Source: Podarcis filfolensis (Eukaryota). From it: DNA of 64,000 nucleotides. The position numbers and the translations under genes are program-made. Below, one piece after another: positions 1 to 13,403 of this stretch; position 1 is the stretch's first letter; every line of letters begins with the position of its first letter. The notes below the pieces were generated by a model, which did not search any database, was not told the DNA's origin, and was given only the letters and a program-made list of their open reading frames with translations. Location: NCBI GenBank assembly GCA_964270895.1, contig OZ185440.1. The stretch is one strand, 5' to 3'.

Positions 1-1038
1 ACTTGAATTTTGAGAATAAAATCTTCCCATTCAAAATGCAAGTTCAAATTTTGCCTGGAACATTTTCATTAAAACAAACAACAACAACTGAATTGTGACA
101 CTTGAATATTCACCAGATTTCCAAATATTTGTGAATATCTGTTGCTAACTATCTGAATGGAGCATACAAGTGTCTCACTGTGATCCAGCCTTCCAAACTG
201 GGCAAGACTTCCCTAGTTACAACCCAGAGCAACACATTATTTAAATTCTTCAGTGTGGCAGAAGATGAGACATTCATGGCTTTTCCCACCTCCCCAGGTA
301 CTTGTTACCTGCCCTCTCCTGTTTACTGTAATGAGCAGAACTCTAGATGTGCTGGACGTCAGGTGGGAGATGGCAGACAGCAGACGGACGTGGGGAATGA
401 AGGGTGGGAGCAGCTATAGATGCCTTGACTTTTGCCTCATTGGGGAATTTTACAGTGCAGATCCTCTGGGTTGCAACCTGGCAACCATAATCCCACCGCA
501 ACAACAGGAGAGGAGTAGACTCCCTTTCCTGAGTTCTCTCAGTTACTTTTAATAAACACTTCAAAAAGAACACATCTAGCAAACGTTGCTTCCCGCTCAT
601 AGTATCTGTGAGTCAGGGTATTGCTTTAGTCATGACATTTAAATCACAAGCAGCCCTCTAGCAAAGTTGCTTGAGTTGTGTACTATGAGTAAATAACCTT
701 TTAGCATAAACTGAAGCACTATTTCATGAACACAAATCCTTCTGCAGCAAAATTTATCCATTGTTTCCTGAAACAAGAGTTGGCTGCTGCAGGAAAAAGA
801 CTTTTCGGAGCGGTTAGATTTCAAGCAAAGAAGCAAATGGTTTAGCCGGAGTGAAAGAGTTGCCCCAGCAGTTATCATAATATGAATCCCAAACCGTATC
901 CCACAATTCCCATGGTTTATTCTGGAAGTTGAAGCCATCTATTAACTATAGCTGTTTCTCACAATATGTGGCAATAATTTGAGCTTTTTGAGCCATGATA
1001 TTCAAGGTTCAGTAAAGACTTACGGCATTACTCTTTAG

Positions 1039-1163
1039 CAAGGCTAGAGAAATAGAGGCTCTCTAGATGATGTTGGATTCCAACTCCCATTGATGGCAAA
1101 TAAACTGTGATGCTACGAATTATAGTCCAACAGCTTCTGGAGGGCCGTAGGTTCTCCACCTGT
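1039..1163. mobile_element. Degenerate short hAT-type MITE
   Basis: Has the ...ctagatgatgttggattccaactccc...gtccaacagcttctggagggcc.. quasi-palindrome also seen at 7726, 21040, 46355 and 53443. Confidence 0.55.
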
Positions 1164-2124
1164 GGATTGCCAAGACAGGACTACCTATGCCTGCCTGAGG
1201 TAAGCTGTCTCAGCCTGCCTAATGGTAGGCCTGGTATTGAGTTGCTATTATGGCAGGTCACTTGGAGACCTGCCCACCACAGCAGGTGAGAGAACTTTGT
1301 GTCCCCCTTAGATGAAACCATTAAAAGTTATAGCTAGAAATCTGGAAATTATAGATATGTGTCTTGTTCCATGAAGCCAGGTTTCTTACCAACTTAGATG
1401 TTAATCCATCCGGTTCACGGGGGCCCCACGTGGAACAGCCATTTGCCTTGCTTCCCTCCCATGCTGCTTAACTGAAGTGAGTACGGGGCCTTGAGTGACA
1501 TTTAGTGTTAGTCCTAGTAAAAAACACAAAGGCGCTCTGGAGAAGAAATCTCCTGCACACCACAGGTATATGCAATCTGCTTCCTCTAAGCATCAAGTCC
1601 TCGGCAGCCCTGGGATTATCTGGAGGGATATCTCATGAATGATAGATGCTCAACCTTTCTGATTTCAATTAGTGCTCCAGGGCTCACCGGGTCTTCAGAA
1701 GAGGTACAGTTTGTAGCCTGACAGTTCTATTTTCCTCATGGAATGAAGCATGGATTTCTCTTTGGGGATGTGGGAGGAACTGACCAGGCAATTGGACCTG
1801 GCAACCTAGCTGTGACAAACTAGGTCTAAGAAATGAACACTTTGCTTCACAAGTGTTTTCTTAAAAGAGAGAGAGAGAGAAATATGACGCTGATTTGCAT
1901 AAGGATTGCATATGCTAATTTGAATAGAAGTAAATTTAGACATGATTGCTATAATTTAAGTAGAACAACAATACATCTTACTATAGTGGATTTGTTAGCA
2001 AATTCAAACCATACATATATACTAGGAGTTGTTAGGAGACCCCTCACAGAGCTAGTTCCCAGCACCCTTAAAATACTGTGGTTCCCAGGATTCTTTGGGG
2101 GAAGCCATAACTGTTATCATGGTA

Positions 2125-2366
2125 CAGTTGTACCTTGGTTGTCGAACTTAATCCACTCCAGGAGTCCGTTTGCCTCCCGGAACCGTTCGAAAATCAAGGT
2201 GTGGCTTCTGATTGGCTGCAGGAGCTTCCTGCACTCAATCAGAAGCCGTGTCAGATGTTCGGCTTCCAAAAAACGTTTGAAAACTGGAACACTGACTTCT
2301 GGGTTTTCAGCCTTCGGCAGCCAAAACATATGAGTACCAAGGCGTTCGAGAACCAAGATATGACTG
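2125..2366. mobile_element. Tc1/mariner-pogo(Tigger)-type MITE
   Basis: TA|cagttgtaccttggtt ... aaccaagatatgactg|TA: terminal inverted repeats with TA target duplication; same family as 29773-30014. Confidence 0.8.
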
Positions 2367-3736
2367 TATTGTGAATGGGACCTCTAACCAGATGCTAACC
2401 CAACTTCAAGCCCTCTCCTGCTTGAAGTAATAGTAATATTAATACTCCAGTTGCCTGCATAATGCACAATTCATTCAACACATAAGATTTACCTGGTTTT
2501 TCACACCCACATAAAAGACTTGACCTTAGCCTAGCTGAGCAACTACACTGCTTCACAAAATAGAAAACCTTGGGAGCAGGAGGTCTACAATTAAACACTG
2601 AAACCCATAACTAAGGGGATGTCATAGATATTGGACCAAGAGGGACCAGGTGGCAAATTCTTTTGCATTCAAGCCCTCCATGAATATCCCACATGTATGG
2701 TGTTTAGGCTGTTTAGCAAAGATATCCGAAAATTGCTTTCCATTAATCAAAGTTCCAGCAGCTCAAAGAGCTCAATTTCCAGGAGCCGCTGCCTCGGCTG
2801 TTCAAACAAAGCGGAAGAGATTAGAAAAAAACAATTCTCACTCATAGCCACTGTTTCATATTTTAACAGAATGAATTTCACCACATTAGCCAGCCAGCCT
2901 TTAAATACACCTCTCAGAGACTAATGGACATGGGCTGCTTGCTAACTGGGATTATTTGAAGTGTTTGGTTTGAACCAAGGGACAAAAATTAAGCAAAGAA
3001 AGGAGTGTGTACCTTTTTTGATACTGAATTTCACCAAGTGCAACCCCAAGAGTGTGATGAAAGAAGCCAAGACCTGGCAGGAATGGTGGGGCTCAGAGGC
3101 AAGGAAGGTGATCTGGGAGCAAGGCTTTTTCTGCCATGGAATTACTGCATGTTGTAGAGGATTCTGGGGCACACGCTCTGCTCAAGCAGAGGCTTGGCCA
3201 GGGCCTGTTGGGCATCGCTGATGTGAAGAGAGAGCATGCTTGCAGCACTTCAGTAGCAGTGGGCAAGCTGTGTGTCAGGAAAGTTGGTTCCCCTTTGATG
3301 ATCTTCTCAATAAGAAAACTGCAAGACTTCCGATGAACCGTATGGTTTCCAGAAACCACCACCATTATGGCTTTTTCTGCAGCAAATGTGAAGTGGTGGC
3401 ACTTTCCTTGAATAAATGCTTTTGCTGCAGTGATGCTGCACACACACTATTTTCCAGTGCAGGAAAAAATGTGTCTATTTTTCTATGAGGATGCCTTTTG
3501 TTATAGCAAGTGCTGAGTGAAATAGGGTGGTGAAAGTGTCATTGGATGGTGTCTGTGACGTTACTAGAATTCCTATCTCTCTCTCTCTCCCCTCCCCCAA
3601 TGTACACATGCTCACTATTGCAGATTTTGTTAAGTTTTCGTTTTCTACTTTTAGTGTGGTTTTTTAATATTTACACTAATTCAGGTCTGTGTATGCTCTC
3701 CTCCACCGTACCACTTCAGTGTTTGAGTGCTTATCT

Positions 3737-3823
3737 AGGCTGTAATCCACCTACCTATGAGTAAGCCACCCAGAACTCAATGGGACTTACTTCTGAGAAG
3801 ACAAACATAGGTTTGCACAGTTA
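3737..3823. mobile_element. Short palindromic repeat (TGCAATCCTAT...ATAGGATTGCA family), degenerate
   Basis: gctgtaatcc...gagtaagcc...caatgggacttacttctgag...ataggtttgcacag; related to 61005-61093. Confidence 0.55.
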
Positions 3824-4896
3824 GGCCTTTTATTAAAGAGCACAAAAGCAACACCTCCCGCTGAAGCAACACTCCATCATTTATTGATTTTTATTTGAAG
3901 CCACACACTGCCCCTTCCAATATACCCCTCTCTATTTCACATCAACCTTGATTTCTTCTTAGAACAAGCAGAAGAAGAAAAATGTCCTGTAGCAAGATGC
4001 CTTTAATCCACTACATTCGATGCAGCACCAGGCTGCCATACTACAAGTACTACTGTGAATGTAGCACAAAGAATGAAACCTATAATTTTTATATTTTGAA
4101 AAGTGTCCTAAAATTCTTAAGTATAAATGTTAGAGAAAGAAAGAGGAGGTCTTAAAAAATGAAGCCACTATGCACCCACCAGCTCTGCAAGGTCATCCAT
4201 CACAGCCTGGTCCCACTTAAAAGCAGATACATGCAGTTCTGGTGCTGCCCTTTTGGCTTGAAGTCCACAAGGCTGTCTCGCCTACTGATAATTCTTGACA
4301 AGGGTCTGGTCCTGCTGTTCTCGTAGGTTCAGCCCAGTCCTCCTCAAACACTTCCCCTCTTGCCTTGTTGTTGATACATGCTTCAATTTAGCTAGAATAT
4401 GGGCCCATGATTCAGGAAAAGGGTAAGATCTGCTTCAGCAACAACAGAAACCTTTATTAAACTCATAACTAAAGGCGAAGATAAAATAATAAACACACAT
4501 AATTTGATCACTTCCGTACTGCTCAGTGGTAACACTGCATCAAAATGATGAGCAGGAATATTATTCACCATTTAAATGAGTTGAGACACTCACAAACAAT
4601 CACTAGCATTCCTAGCACTATTGTTAACGATTTGGGGTACCAGAGTTGGGGGGTGCAAAAGCATACATAATTCTAAGAATTAGTGAATGTTAGAAATTAC
4701 TGAATGCTAAATGTTACTAAATGCTGGGAATATTCCCCTGGGTGAGAGACAGCTTAATGGTGTAAAAATGCAGGCAAAGGTTGCATTTCAGGGTATTATA
4801 GGGATGGAAGTTGTTAAGCATGACAAAGGTGTTGATGGGATACATCAACCAGAAATGATCATTGATTGTAGTGCTTAAAGGTACAGACCCCTTTTC

Positions 4897-4937
<41 letters not shown>

Positions 4938-5329
4938 GTTCATATCTCGCCCATCTGACTGGCTTGCCCGAGCCACTTTGGGCAGCTTTCAACATATATA
5001 AAAACATAACATTAAACATTGAAAAGCTTCCCTATACAGGGCTGCCTTCAGATGTCCTCTAAAAGTCAGATAGTTGTTTATTTCCTTGGCATCTGATGGG
5101 AGGGCATTCCACAGGGTGGGTGCCACTACTGAGAAGGCGCTCAGCCTGGTTTCCTGTAATTTTACTTCTCACAGTGAGGAAACTGCCAGAAGGCCCTCAG
5201 CGCTGGACCTCAGTGTCTGGGCCGAATGATGGGGGTGGAGACGCTCCTTCAGGTATACTGGGCCGAGGCCATTTAGGGCTTTAAAGGTCAGCACCAACAC
5301 TTTGAATTCTGCTTGGAAACGTACTGGGA
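4897..5329 (-). mobile_element. L2-clade LINE 3' fragment with (AAT)n tail
   Basis: The minus strand reads as a degenerate L2 ORF2 C-terminus, followed by a 3'UTR and an (AAT)n tail; homologous to 15120-15471. Confidence 0.8.
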
Positions 5330-5516
5330 AACATGCTCGGAAACTTTGCTAGCTTGCCACTTGGCAGCCTCTTTGTCACAACTGCTTATGCCTATTTCCA
5401 ACATGAAGTTTGCTTTAAAACATGAGTTGTTTTATTCATGGCTGTATTTTTGTGCAGTTTCCTTAGTTTTACTTTGTGTGCAGTTTCTCAAATTAAGCCC
5501 TAGCTACCCTCATGGT

Positions 5517-5862
5517 GGGTGCTGTGGGTTAAACCACAGAGCCTAGGACTTGCCGATCAGAAGGTCGGCGGTTCGAATCCCCACGACGGGGTGAGCTCCC
5601 GTTGCTCAGTCCCTGCTCCTGCCAACCTAGCAGTTTGAAAGCTTGCACGTCAAAGTGCAAGTAGATAAATAGGTACCGCTCCGGCGGGAAGGTAAACGGT
5701 ATTTCCGTGCACTGCTCTGGTTCGCCAGAAGCAGCTTAGTCATGCTGGCCACATGACCCGGAAGCTGTACGCCGGCTCCCTTGGCCAATAAAGCGAGATG
5801 AGCGCCGCAACCCCAAGGTCGGCCACGACTGGACCTAATGGTCAGGGGTCCCTTTACCTTTT
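5517..5862 (+). mobile_element. Near-full-length Sauria SINE
   Basis: tRNA-like head (ggttcgaatccc B box), aagtgcaagtagataaataggtacc core, cctttaccttt tail; exact 12-bp TSD TACCCTCATGGT at 5505-5516 and 5863-5874. Confidence 0.92.
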
Positions 5863-7725
5863 TACCCTCATGGTAAAAACTAACACAGAAAATTCAGGGG
5901 GAAATGGACATAGCCACCAATTCTAATTACTCGCTTGCTAGGTTTGCCAGCAATTTTTTTAAAATTATTTTTTTAGAGAGAGGTGAGGGAGATAGGAAGT
6001 AGAAGTAGCAGGTGTGCACTGCCTTTAACACTTGTACAGCAGACAGAAAATCAATCTTTCTAGCAGGAAAAACCACACCTATTGAGTTTCTGCCGTTCAT
6101 GTACCTGTTAAATGCAAAGCACCTCTGTTAGGAAAACGCTGACAATTCTACCTGCAAAATCCCCATGCAGTCATGTCCACTGTCATTCTTGGAACAAGTA
6201 ACCAATCATACTTTGTATACAAGGCCAGTGCATTTACTGAAAGGTGGCTGAGCAGGGCAGAAGAGGTGATGACCTGTAGCTGGCTATTAGGTTAGAACAG
6301 CCAAGGAATCAAGCAGCTTCTCCCACTGGAATCCAGCTAGAAATCTGTATAAGCAAAGCTGCAACCAGCACATTTAACAAATGATCAAAAGTTTTTGTAA
6401 AATATTCATTTCAGAAGGGGTGAGCGAAGCAATACACAAGTAAATGCCAAGCATCTGCTAATGTGCTAGCAATGAGCAGGCACACATATCATCCAAATCC
6501 ATTATTCATGTACTATCCTTAATCCAGGATTTCAGCAATGCCCAAGAAACACTTTGCAAGAGCTCTTTCCTGCTACTATACAGAGAGTGTTTAATGAGAC
6601 TGACAGGATTAAACGGAAAAGGCAATTGCACTCACACCTAGCCATATGCCCTAAATCATTGCATCTGTTTATTGTGGATATCATTCTTAAATCCTCAATA
6701 GCAGATGCAGTGAGTTAGGATACACCTGCCCCCTCAAAATACCTCAATAAGAAGCCTAGTTGCTGTGCAGGAATGGAAAGAGGTAGGAAGCCGCAAACCA
6801 GATGGTCAGGCCACCTCCATGATCCAATAGTTCAACAGTAAGAAGTCATGAATGGGGTATATAACAGGGTGGATTGGGAATGAAGCACAGACACAATGTT
6901 AACTCTAAGAATATTGCATTTCGAGGCTTAGAACCAGAGGACTAGGGATGTTGCCTTCAGACATTGGTTTTCTGAAGTGTTTTTGTGGGTGACTAGCATG
7001 CTGACATGTCAGACACTTACAACCTTGATTTCAGCTTTTCTTATTCCCAGATATACCAGCAGATGTGTATAGGGGATGACAGCAACCATTGTATGAAACC
7101 TGCAAAGGCAATCCCAAATAGCTAGAGCTATTTCCTGTTTCACTTTGCAGAAATAATCACTGGAAAAATCATCATTCCACGATCCTAGAATAGTAGAGTT
7201 AGGTCATCTAGTCAGAATGCTTAGAATCTGCCTCAGTTTCTACCTCTTCTGGGAAGAAATTTCCCATAGTACCTGGTTTGGGCCACCCTTGTGGCAGAAC
7301 TCTGTAGCTCTGTGACTTGCTGTTTCATTCTTAATACACTCAGTTTGAAGAAGGAAATTGACGCAGGAAGATAGATGCTTAACCCTTTCCCCTGGCACCA
7401 TTTCCCTGCTGAAGATTACACCCCTTCAGCTGCTTTTATCTCTCCTCAGTGCTTTGCCCTCAGTTCCTCTAGAAACACTGCTCTTTCTAAATGCTTGGAA
7501 CAATATTGGACTAAAACTCCTTTCATTCTTTAGCTGGTGGCTGATGGAAGTTGTTGTCCAACAATGTCTGAAAGGCACCATGATGACTTACATCAGAATT
7601 AGGCAATTTCCTTTGTCCCTTGAAAGTATGTATCAATTAGAGACAACGCAATGAGAAAAGTGAGTTATGCACTTTTAGTTCTTGCTTTGTGTTTGTGACA
7701 TACTGTCATGGGTTGTGTATTACAA

Positions 7726-7848
7726 CAGTGAGCAACCTGTGTGGCCCTCCAGTTCCCATCAGTGCCCGTCAGCATGGCCAATAGTCAGGGATGGTGAGAG
7801 CTGTTCTATTCCAATGACACCCACATGGCCACTGGTTCCCCATCCTTG
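7726..7848. mobile_element. Degenerate short hAT-type MITE
   Basis: aacctgtgtggccctccag...gcatggccaatagtcagggatg...ggccactggttccccatcc; same family as 46355-46490. Confidence 0.55.
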
Positions 7849-8532
7849 GTGTGTGAGGTTGATCTGTACTGGCTTGAAATCACTTATAGCCTATGTATGT
7901 TGTTGGTTTCAGGGGTGGGAGGCAACTTGTAGGCAACAGCTGTGCTCAGCTTCAATGAACAGAGCATTTTCTTTGGGCTCTGCCTCCTGAACTTGCTGGC
8001 TGTACGGGCTCTTGATCGTCCTGGTCTTGGTCAAGGTATTTTATAAGGCCAGCAGCACAGAGGGGTTTCACGCTGCCCATGGTGGTTCCAGGGACTAAAT
8101 CAGTCTAGAAATTCTAGTAATTGTCACCACATTAAATATGTATATATTATATATACATGCCCACACAAATTGCAAACTGAAGCAAATAGCACCATCTGGT
8201 GTGTGTTGTCACCAATACAGTCTGTATTCTATTCTATCAACCAGATACTCACTCCAGAGCCCCCAAGTCTCAAAGAATTAACAACTCAAAAGCCGGCTCC
8301 ATGTAATTTTAAAATTATTACTTTTGTATCTTAGCTTGTCCATACCATGCTCATGTATGGATATGCATCTCCAGTATCTTTCTAATTCAGTAGCCAAACA
8401 GGGCACATCCGTACAAAATCAAATCATTAAATAACCATCTTCTCTTTCCAGGGTATTCTGGGTATCGTAGTTTTGCACAGGAAGCTTGATATTGCTAACA
8501 AAGAGAGATAAAATGACCATTAACTTGTTTAA

Positions 8533-8708
8533 GGGCTTGTTCACACTTACTCCGACGCCCTGCCCCCTGGAGGTTTCCCTATAAAATCCCACTCTTTAAA
8601 GCTGAAGTACAACAAATGGCAATTCAAGTTTTCCATGAATTGCCATTTGCTTGAAAGCATGGATCATGCCTTGAAATCATGGGGGAGAAGGAAACTGTGG
8701 ATAACCCC
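8533..8708. mobile_element. PIF/Harbinger-like MITE
   Basis: Imperfect 14-bp TIRs gggcttgttcacac / ctgtggataacccc flanked by TAA on both sides; interior related to 17969-18268. Confidence 0.65.
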
Positions 8709-9026
8709 TAAATGTGTGATATGTGGCTTTAGAGGAAGGCTGGGGCTGCAATCTTAAGAATACTTGCTGAAATAAGGATGCAATATGTAGTTACTCAGAG
8801 GTAAGGAGTTCAGACTTACTACTGAGTAAGTTTATATGCACTGCATACAATTGGACTGTATGTTGTACTGAAACACTACTGCATGAAAACAGGGACATTC
8901 TATATGTTTTAGAATGGAATGTCCCTATTTTTCATGAGGAATGTTGGAGGGTGGGAAGAAGAAGGCACTTTTTTCCAAATAAACAAGCTTCAGTCATAGC
9001 TTTACTCGTAGTGGTTTGTCTTAAGA

Positions 9027-9383
9027 CAGGGTGGAGAACCTCAGGCCCAGAGGCCAGTTGTAACCCTCTAGCCTTCTCTGTCTGGGCCTTGGGATTCTCC
9101 CTAGGCAATGCCCCCTCCCAGTCACACCCTCTTTCCCCAGACGACACGCCTCGCTGGCATTCGCACCCTCCATGAGTGTTTTTGCAAGGCTGGAATGTGT
9201 CCGATAACGATTATTCCATGTCTGGATGGTGGATAGAGTGTGGGTGTATGGAAAGTAGCCAAATGTACATAGGTAAAAATTAGATTTCTTGCTTCATACA
9301 GTTTTGCCTCTGCCCCCGCCCACCACAGTCATGTGGTCCTGAAAGATCGCCCAGAAGGGAATGTGGCTTTGGGGCCCCTTCTG
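9027..9383. mobile_element. Non-autonomous hAT-like element, degenerate
   Basis: Starts cagggtggagaacctcaggccc; internal blocks resemble 23165-23495; ends near gggaatgtggc. Boundaries approximate. Confidence 0.45.
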
Positions 9384-10075
9384 TAGGAGGACACCAACTT
9401 CCTGAACTAAATGAAGAGGGGTCTGGCAGTATCTGGAGCCAATTGTTGGCTGAAATGCTTCTCTTTTAAATAAAACCAGTGGAAGTTCCCTTAATCAGAT
9501 CATTTGTCAGGACCAAGAGATGTACCATCTAGCCAAAGTTTCATAAAGGGCTGAATGGAACAGAAGCTAGCAAGAGTCACATTAATATCTGTGATCCCCG
9601 TGTGACATCCCCCAAACACGAACTCTCCTGGAGTCAATTGCTTTGCAAGGCATAGATACTGTTAAGGAAAAGAGAGTTGCAGTGCCATCCATCAAACGGT
9701 GACGGGCAGAGGGAAAATAATATCAGACCAAAGCAATTTGGTCTCATCCATCACTAACCTACATAGGAACAGAGATTTATCTGGGGACATAATTCACCCT
9801 ACAGCAGCAGCCATTTGCCAAAAGATGTACTTGGCTCTCTGAACAAGGATGAAGGGCCACACTATCTTCCCAAAGCTACAGCAACAGTTGTGGCCAGCAA
9901 GCTCTTGAAACATGTTTACCCAGTCAAGTTCCTCAGGTTCTTTATCTCACAGGTCTTATCAGATGCTTCAGTGGTTCTTTTGGGAGTAGAAATGCAAAAT
10001 GGGCACAAAATGCTGCAGGGCTGTTATCTCAGTATAATGAATCGTGACTACATTAACAAGAGCTTCCAGATTTTA

Positions 10076-10115
10076 CACACACACACAGAGAAAGAGAGAG
10101 AGAGAGAGAGAGAGA
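10076..10115. repeat. (AC)n/(AG)n compound microsatellite
   Basis: acacacacacac...gagagagagaga seen directly. Confidence 0.9.
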
Positions 10116-10896
10116 GGCCTGACCACAACAGCATGCACCCCTCTCTTGTACCTTCCCTTCCCCCATTTGAGGTACTCACAGTCACTAGGTAAGAAATTTG
10201 TTGTTTACCAGGTTTCCACTTACCTTCCTGGGCTCTCCCAAGGTAGCATAGGCTTCCAAGTTTTTGAAAATAAAGATCTAAAGTTTATTAAAAACCGGGG
10301 GGAAATGGAGTTTTGCACCACACTTAGGCTTCCCCAAATTTCTGACCAGGTGCGGAGGAGTGAAGTTCTCCAGACCACCTGCCATGATAATGCTGTTGAC
10401 TGCCTTACCCAGCAATTATAAGCAGCCTTTATCAAGATGGACCACTTGGTAAATGGTCATCCACATCCACCATCTGTCTGAACAAAGCAAAACCCATTTG
10501 CCACTTTTCTTGCCAGCGTTTAATTCACTTATTCTGAAATACTCGCCACAATTATTCAGCCTGTTCAAATTGAAATCGCATCCTGCTGCTGAGAGGCCTC
10601 CGGGTGTCTAACTCTTGCAAAGAATTGCTGAGACACAGGAAATGATGGCTGTGCAATTAATATTTGCAACAAGCAAATGCTTCAATGATCAGCAAAAACC
10701 AAACTGCCGGATATTATTTCCAACACTAATCAGTGCTCAGCTCCTCGGGACATCAAGCAACTGCAGGTAAGCATTTGGCTCTGCTGCAGCCTTGTGTGGC
10801 ACAAATTAGAGTGATCACAATAAAAAGTAGAAGGGGACTCGTAGAAGTTTCTCTGCATTCCCCACCACATTGCGGAGAGTATGGAAACAAGCAGGC

Positions 10897-10939
<43 letters not shown>

Positions 10940-10945
10940 GAAAGA
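10897..10945. repeat. (AAAG)n microsatellite
   Basis: Tandem AAAG units seen directly. Confidence 0.95.
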
Positions 10946-11728
10946 AACTTTCATTCCTAGAGGATGGAAATGACCTTCCAAATTGGCCATGAGCATTGTT
11001 CGCAGCCCCACCAACTCCACCTAATGAGCAGTTCAGCCAACTCCTGCACCAGCTTCACTGATCTGCACCTTCAGAACATACCTGACAGCTCAAGAAAACC
11101 TTCATCCTAAACCTCAGTGAGTCTAATCCCCTGGTCACTGTTAAACCAGTTTCCCTTTTGCAGTTAACATTTTGTTAGTGTGGTTTGCCAAAGTTTTCAT
11201 TCTTGAGGGTTTAAGGCCTCTTCTGCTGATGCAGTGTTGTCTATCAGTCATTGCAGGAAATTAGCATCAATAGGTCTTAAAGGAAATGGCTCTTACTAAG
11301 AATGAATCATCACAGGTGTTCTGGATCTGACTTTCTCTAACCTAAAAAGCAAGTGCTCCAAACACAGGTATGGAATCTCTGCCCCCCGCTTCCCCAGCCA
11401 CAACTGCACACAAAACATGTGTTTTTTAGGAGAAATGCTGGAGAATTTTGTAAAAATTTTTTACGATTTTGTAAAAAAAATCAAATTGCTGCAGAATGGG
11501 GAGAATTGAGTTTAAGACTGGAAAAATGACAGATCCTTCCATTCCGACTTGCAACAATATGAACTCACTTGCATAGATCTACATACATTGATACACTGCA
11601 TGCAGTGCAATCCATTTTTCTTCTTTCAGAATCTACATGGCTGCTATAAAATGAAAAATGTCATCATCCAGCAAGTTGGATGGGTTGTCATATATAACAC
11701 AATGGAGCCCTGGCCTGCTGCTCTCCCT

Positions 11729-11876
11729 GACCTGGGATAGCTCGGTTGGTAGAGCATGAGACTCTTAACCTCAGGGTTATGGGTTCCAGCCCCACTTTGG
11801 GCAAAAGACTCCTGCATTGCAGGGGGTTGGAGTAGATGACCCTTGTGGTACCTTCCAATTGTATAATTCTATTATT
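11729..11876 (+). mobile_element. tRNA-Lys(CTT)-derived SINE with CR1-type 3' end
   Basis: Head tagctcggttggtagagcatgagactcttaacctcaggg matches tRNA-Lys(CTT); tail gggggttggagtagatgacc...ccttccaattgtataattctatt resembles the CR1 3' end. Confidence 0.85.
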
Positions 11877-13190
11877 CCCCATGGAGTGCATGCAGACACC
11901 ACACAAAAGCCTAAATGGGCAATGGGAGGCATGTATTGGAACGATTGTTGCATTTATTATTTGCTTTTTCACATAAAGTGACCCAAAACAACTGCCTAGG
12001 TCAGTACAGACAGTACCCTCCTCTCTCAAGCCATGTTTTTTGTGTGTGTCACTTTCACTAAAGGAAAAAATGAGATTTCCCCCCTTTACTTTGTGCACAT
12101 ATTTATCAGGAGAAAATCCCTGGTGGTGGAAACTCATTACTGTGCTCTGCTTGGGCTTTACATTCCATAACTTTCATTATTGAAAATATATATATATTCT
12201 GTATTGCTTCTCTAAATCCCAGCAGCTTCCTGTACAGTTGCTGAGCTAATTTCATCAGGCAGATCCTATGGACATTGGAAAGCAAAGTTTCCAAAACTGT
12301 ACAGATTCAATAAGTTGCAAAAAGCTGCTTCTTCCGCCAGTTTAAAGACAATCAAGTGCAGAAAAGGGAGCAAATAAGGACAAAGAAACCTAAGGGATGG
12401 CAAGAACAAATCCATCTAATTGACCATTTAGCCCACTACTATTAATAGATGTGACAGTGAGGCAGAATGGGAAAGCTGGTGATTTCAATGCACATCAGCC
12501 CTTTATAGCTCTGCTTGCTAAGGAGTAGGCAGCACTATAATATCTAGACTACTGTCCATGTGGACATAAGTTTTGTTTTAATGTAGTCTTACAGCATGAG
12601 CAACGCATATAAAAACTCGCACCCAAATTTCAATAGATTCAGAATTCTGTTTTTTTATGCAGACGGGTCTGGAGAAGTTTCAAATGAATGAAAAGGACGA
12701 TTGATCCTTCCCATAAAAGAAAGCAGAGAATAGAGGTTTATTGATGCCTGGACTACTCTAGCATGTCAATAAACACCCAAGGTTACAAGGGACAGAACAT
12801 AAGTAGGGCACTTCTGCTCTATCTGAGGATTGGGATTCTGCCTGCCTGCCTCACAGAGGCTGCTACGAATAGACCAGAACACTGTTATTAACATAGTCAT
12901 TTCATTGCCATCCAATTGGAATAAAGCACCATTTTGTGTAAATATAGCATTTATGTAGTACATTTTGTTGCATTCTGATTCTAATAAATAGTATTAGGAC
13001 TGAAGACTCTTTGGATTTATCAATGACCACTCCTATCCTGCGCAAGATCATTGAGATTATTGTGTTTTTCCTTTTCAGTCTGTGGCTTCAACAAGTAAGA
13101 CAAACCTTGTCAAAAACATGGGGGCATTTGAGCCCATCATCTCACTGGTATGTTACACACACACACACACACACTATATCTATATATATA

Positions 13191-13403
13191 CAGTGGTACC
13201 TCAGGTTACATACTCCGCTAACCCAGAAATAGTGCTTCAGGTTAAGAACTTTGCTTCAGGATAAGAACAGAAATCGGGCTCCGGCGGCGCAGCGGCAGCA
13301 GCGGGAGGCCCCATTAGCTAAAGTGGTGCTTCAGGTTAAGAACAGTTTCAGGTTAAGAACAGACCTCCGGAACGAATTAAGTACTTAACCCAAGGTACCA
13401 CTG
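13191..13403. mobile_element. Tc1/mariner-pogo(Tigger)-type MITE, second family
   Basis: TA|cagtggtacctcaggtta ... taacccaaggtaccactg|TA, inserted in a (TA)n tract next to (AC)n. Confidence 0.85.

Noticed and set aside
4717-5062. ORFs with poly-isoleucine runs (also 59900-60157)
   Set aside because: Artefacts of (ATT)n microsatellites and L2 tails; no splice or homology support.
11729-11805. Possible tRNA-Lys(CTT) gene
   Set aside because: Mutated T-loop and stems, and it runs directly into a CR1-type tail; a second diverged copy exists. It is a SINE head.
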